Of a stretch of DNA of 64,000 nucleotides, positions 60,352 to 64,000 are shown one piece after another. This DNA is from Cyanobacteriota bacterium. Lineage in GTDB: Bacteria > Cyanobacteriota > Cyanobacteriia > PCC-6307 > Cyanobiaceae. A model generated the notes under the pieces. The model saw only the letters and a program-made list of their open reading frames with translations. It was not told where the DNA came from and ran no database searches. The DNA lies in NCBI GenBank assembly GCA_046052125.1, contig JBJOMY010000005.1, forward strand, positions 1-64,000. Direction: 5' to 3'. The translations under genes and the position numbers were made by a program. The stretch's first letter is position 1, and each line of letters opens with the position of its first letter.

Positions 60352-61367
60352 GCCGCCGCCGTCATCTGCTGCGCTACATCGCCAGCCGCCTGGCGCTGAT
60401 GCCGCTGATGCTATGGCTGATCGCCAGCCTGGTGTTCCTGCTGCTGCGGGCGGCACCTGGGGATCCGATCGATGCCCTGTTGGGGATCCGCGCCCCTGTT
60501 GAAGCCCGCGCCGCGCTGCGGCAGCAGCTGGGGCTGGATCAACCATTGCTGGTGCAATACGGCCGCTACCTGGCGGATCTGCTGCGGGGGGATCTGGGCA
60601 CGTCCCTCACCAACAACGAGGCCGTGACCAGCGTGATCCGCCACAGCCTGCCCGCCAGCCTGGAGCTGGGGGTGGTGGCCCTGCTGCTGGCGGCCGTGGT
60701 GGGCTTGGCGGTGGGATTCAGCGGCATCGCCCGCCCTGAGGGGAAGCTCGATCTCGGGGGGCGGCTCTACGGCATCGGCACCTACGCCCTGCCGCCCTTT
60801 TGGGCGGCGATGGTGATGCAACTGGTGTTTGCCGTGTGGCTGGGATGGCTGCCGGTGGGTGGCCGCTTCCCGGCCACGCTCGTGCCTCCTGAGGGCAGCG
60901 GTTTTTATTTGTTCGACAGCGCTCTAGCGGGCAACAGCCAGCAGTTCTGGGGTGCGCTGCGCCATTTGGTGTTGCCTGCCAGCACCCTGGGGCTGCTGCT
61001 CAGCGGCGTATTCGCCAATGCCCTGCGCCTGAACCTGCGCCGCGCCCTCGATTCGGATTACGTGGAAGCAGCCCGCAGCCGCGGCCTGAGCGAACGGCGG
61101 GTGGTGCTGCGCCATGCCCTGCCCAATGCCCTGCTGCCGGTGCTCACGATCACCGGCATCACCGTGGCCTCACTCATCGGCGGCGCCCTGCTGATCGAAG
61201 TCACCTACTCCTGGCCCGGGGTGGCCTTCCGGCTGCAGGAAGCGATCAGCCAGCGCGACTACCCGGTGGTGCAGGGCATCGTGGTGGTGGTGGCAGCCCT
61301 GGTGGTGGCCGTGAGCGTGGCGGTGGATCTGTTGGTGGCGCTGCTCGATCCGCGCGTCAGTTTCTGA
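60348..61367 (+). CDS. Peptide ABC transporter permease (DppB-like)
   Basis: PGDP, LGLDQPL, DYVEAARSRGL, RDYPVVQG, LDPRV. Confidence 0.93.
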   Translation: MSRRRHLLRYIASRLALMPLMLWLIASLVFLLLRAAPGDPIDALLGIRAPVEARAALRQQLGLDQPLLVQYGRYLADLLRGDLGTSLTNNEAVTSVIRHSLPASLELGVVALLLAAVVGLAVGFSGIARPEGKLDLGGRLYGIGTYALPPFWAAMVMQLVFAVWLGWLPVGGRFPATLVPPEGSGFYLFDSALAGNSQQFWGALRHLVLPASTLGLLLSGVFANALRLNLRRALDSDYVEAARSRGLSERRVVLRHALPNALLPVLTITGITVASLIGGALLIEVTYSWPGVAFRLQEAISQRDYPVVQGIVVVVAALVVAVSVAVDLLVALLDPRVSF

Positions 61368-62883
61368 GCACGCTCTGCCAATTCAGGGCCTGCTGCCGGC
61401 TGAGCACGTAGGCGGTCACACCACCCAACTGCCGGCGCTGGGGCGCGAGACCGCGCGGCAGCGTTTGCAGGAAATCGGCCGTGAGGCTGAGGGTGAGGGC
61501 CTGCACCCGCTGCGGCTCCACCCCCACAAACTCCTCCCCCAGCTGAAACAGGGCCTGCTCGCCGCTGTCGATCCGCACCGGCGAGAAATGGCTACCGCCC
61601 TCCAGCAGCACCAGCCGGCTCTGGGGTTTGCCATCTCGCAGGAACAGCTGCAGCTGCTCACTGATGGGCGGGGTGATCAGATCGAGGCTCCCGCCCATCA
61701 GCAGCACCGGCGCCGGCAAGGGGCGCAGCCCGCGATGCGGCCAGAGCAGGCTGCCAAAACCATTGAGGCTCACCACCGCCTGCACGGGCTGAGCCAGGGG
61801 CTGGGGAGGCGGCAGCGGCACCTCCAGCAGCTGGCATTGCAACAGGCGCGAGAGGTTGGTGAGTGGGATGCCATCGAGCGCGCGATCGCAGCGGCGCGCC
61901 AAGCCCGGCTCCGGCCGCAACCCGGCCGCCAGCAGACTGCTGAGGCCACCGAGGGAGTGGCCCATCAGCACCACCCGCTCTCCCAGACGCGGCAGCGCTC
62001 CGCTCTGCACCGCAGCCACCACCGCCTGCAGATCCCGCAGGCGCTCGTTCAGGGTTTCGGCCCCCGGCGGCGGCCGCCGCCCCTCCAGCAGCTCGCGCAC
62101 CGCCTGCTCATCACTGCCGGGGTGATCGAGCAACAGCACCGACCAACCGCGCTGTTGCAAGCCAGCCGCCAGCCACTCCAACTGTTCCGAGCTTCCGCCA
62201 AGCCCAGGGGTGAGCAGCACCCAGCTGTCGCTGCTGGCGCGCCAGAGCTGCAGCCGCAGCGGTTGCTGGCGGTGGGGCACGGGCAAGGTGAACGCCTGGG
62301 GTCCCGCGGGGGAAGCACCTGCCGGCTGGCTGGGCCACAGCTGCGACACCCGGCGCAGCTTCAGTTGCTGCAGGGCCACCAGGGCGTCGCGCTGCACCAC
62401 GATCTGCTGGCGCCACTGGGCCGCCAACTGCAGGCCCCCATCGAGATTGAGCACCAGCCGCTGGCTGGGAACAGCCCGCAGCAGCTCGATGGTGGTCACC
62501 CGGCGCTGGCGTCGCAGCAGCTCCTGGAGGGTCTGATACAGCAACGGACCGGCCCCGCCTTGGTCGGTGCGGATCAGATCGTCGAGCTCCACCAGCACCC
62601 GCTGGCCGGCCCAGCTAGCCAGAAACTGCTGGGCAAAGGAGCGGTCCTGCACCAGCGGCGCCCGCAGGATGCGCCGCAACTGTTCGCGGCCCTGGGGATC
62701 GAGCAGATCCAGCCAGGCGCGCAGATCACCAGTGGCGCTGCTGGGCGAACGGCTCCAGGACTCGAGCTCCACCAGATCGATCGGCAGCTGCAGGCCATCG
62801 AGCTGCACATCGAGCTGCTCGGCGGCTCGGGCAGGCATCAGCCACAGCAGGCCAGCCAGCAGACTGCGCAGCACGGCACGCAT
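61357..62883 (-). CDS. Alpha/beta hydrolase with DUF1400-like N-terminus
   Basis: PGLGG, DHPGSD, GHSLGG nucleophile motif, GGSHFS. Confidence 0.88.
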   Translation of the reverse strand: MRAVLRSLLAGLLWLMPARAAEQLDVQLDGLQLPIDLVELESWSRSPSSATGDLRAWLDLLDPQGREQLRRILRAPLVQDRSFAQQFLASWAGQRVLVELDDLIRTDQGGAGPLLYQTLQELLRRQRRVTTIELLRAVPSQRLVLNLDGGLQLAAQWRQQIVVQRDALVALQQLKLRRVSQLWPSQPAGASPAGPQAFTLPVPHRQQPLRLQLWRASSDSWVLLTPGLGGSSEQLEWLAAGLQQRGWSVLLLDHPGSDEQAVRELLEGRRPPPGAETLNERLRDLQAVVAAVQSGALPRLGERVVLMGHSLGGLSSLLAAGLRPEPGLARRCDRALDGIPLTNLSRLLQCQLLEVPLPPPQPLAQPVQAVVSLNGFGSLLWPHRGLRPLPAPVLLMGGSLDLITPPISEQLQLFLRDGKPQSRLVLLEGGSHFSPVRIDSGEQALFQLGEEFVGVEPQRVQALTLSLTADFLQTLPRGLAPQRRQLGGVTAYVLSRQQALNWQSVLRN

Positions 62884-62894
62884 CGGTCGACGGC

Positions 62895-64000
62895 TTGGCA
62901 CAGGCAGGAAAGCTGTCAACGCTGCATCAGTGGTGGCACCAGTTTCCCGCGCCGCTGCGTGAACTGGCCAGCGTGCGGCTGGTGGCGAGCTTTGGCGCCG
63001 GCGGGGTGCTGTATCTCACGCCGATGGTGTTCCACCAGGCACACTTTTCGGCCTCCCAGGTGGGCACAGGCCTGGCACTGGCAGCCCTAGCCGGCACGAT
63101 CGGCCGCTTTGTGAGCGGCTGGCTGCTGGATCGGGGGCTCAGCTGCGGCTTGCCCGTGCTGCTGGCGGCGCTATGCGGCTTCTGCGGTGATGCCCTGCTG
63201 CTGGGCGCCCACAACCAATCGGGCTACATCGCGGGGCAGCTGCTCCTGGGCAGCGCCGGCGGGCTGTACTGGCCGGCCGTGGAGCTGGCCGTGCCGCTGT
63301 GTTCAGCGCCAGTGCCCTCAGCACGGGGGTACGCCCTCTCGCGCACCGCTGATGCGGCGGGAGTCGCCAGCGGCACGCTCACCGGCGCCGTGCTGGCCCA
63401 ACTGGGACACCTGCGCGGGGTGTATTTGGTGGATATGGCAGCCGTGCTGGCGCTGGCGGCCTTGCTGCTCTGGCGGCCGCTGCCGCGGGCGCTGCAGGTG
63501 GGCCGCTCCGGCGTGGAGCCGGTGCCCCTGGGCCAGTGGCTGCCGGCGCTGCTGCCGATGCTGCTGCTCTCGGTGGTGGCCACCTCGATTCCCGCACTGA
63601 TGCAGAGCGCCCTGCCGCTGGATCTTGTGCGGGGCGGCTTAGAGCGCGATGCCCAACCGGAGGCGATCAGCGCCCTGCTGATCGGCATTCCGCTGGCGCT
63701 GCTGGTGCTGATCCAGTGGCCGGTGGGTCAGGCCATGGCCCGCCGCTCGGTGGCGGTTGGCTTGGGGCTGAGCATGGTCTGCTTCAGCGGCGGGGCGGCG
63801 TTGCTGGCCCTTTCTGCCCTCAGGGACGACGGCGTTGTTCTGGTGGTGGTGGCGCTGATGCTCCTGGCCTTGGGAGAAGCGGCGTTCCTGCCCACATCCA
63901 CCGAAGCGGTGGTGGAGTTGAGCCCGGAGGGCCACGGCGGTTTGGCCATGGCGCTGTTCTCCCAGTGCTTCGCGCTCAGTGCCTTCGGGGCACCGCTGAT
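62895..64000 (+). CDS. MFS transporter, 5' part (runs off the right edge)
   Basis: Hand translation from TTG 62895: ...WWHQFPAPLRELASVRLVASFGAGGVLYLTPMVF...GRFVSGWLLDR (MFS motif A-like); multiple TM helices; absent from the ORF track because no stop lies in the window. Confidence 0.85.
   Translation, partial: MAQAGKLSTLHQWWHQFPAPLRELASVRLVASFGAGGVLYLTPMVFHQAHFSASQVGTGLALAALAGTIGRFVSGWLLDRGLSCGLPVLLAALCGFCGDALLLGAHNQSGYIAGQLLLGSAGGLYWPAVELAVPLCSAPVPSARGYALSRTADAAGVASGTLTGAVLAQLGHLRGVYLVDMAAVLALAALLLWRPLPRALQVGRSGVEPVPLGQWLPALLPMLLLSVVATSIPALMQSALPLDLVRGGLERDAQPEAISALLIGIPLALLVLIQWPVGQAMARRSVAVGLGLSMVCFSGGAALLALSALRDDGVVLVVVALMLLALGEAAFLPTSTEAVVELSPEGHGGLAMALFSQCFALSAFGAPL

Overview
High-GC picocyanobacterial chromosome segment (Cyanobium/Synechococcus-like, judged from sasA, petH with a CpcD-like domain, zwf-opcA, crtL, chlI, petG and guaB-Yfr1-trxA). 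About 57 kb (7142-64000) is mostly ordinary core genome: pepN, sasA, tRNA-Glu, petH, zwf, opcA, cobB, crtE, folD, leuA, crtL, gyrA, guaB, Yfr1, trxA, hisH, petG, cytM, chlI, ruvC, sufE, hom and a peptide ABC system. The left 7.1 kb looks accessory. It holds the 5' part of a large (>973 aa) repeat-rich, signal-peptide-less surface-type protein that the ORF track missed, and a divergent LysR-like regulator with palindromic boxes between the two genes. It also holds a compact candidate RiPP locus: a Nif11-leader precursor with a Cys/Trp-free core, an Fe(II)/2OG dioxygenase, and a 645-aa protein that reads as a fused prenyltransferase + class II terpene-cyclase-like enzyme. A second oddity is an acetolactate-decarboxylase-like/CARDB fusion gene overlapping both gyrA and crtL. 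All calls come from motif recognition by eye; no searches were run, and several start codons are uncertain.
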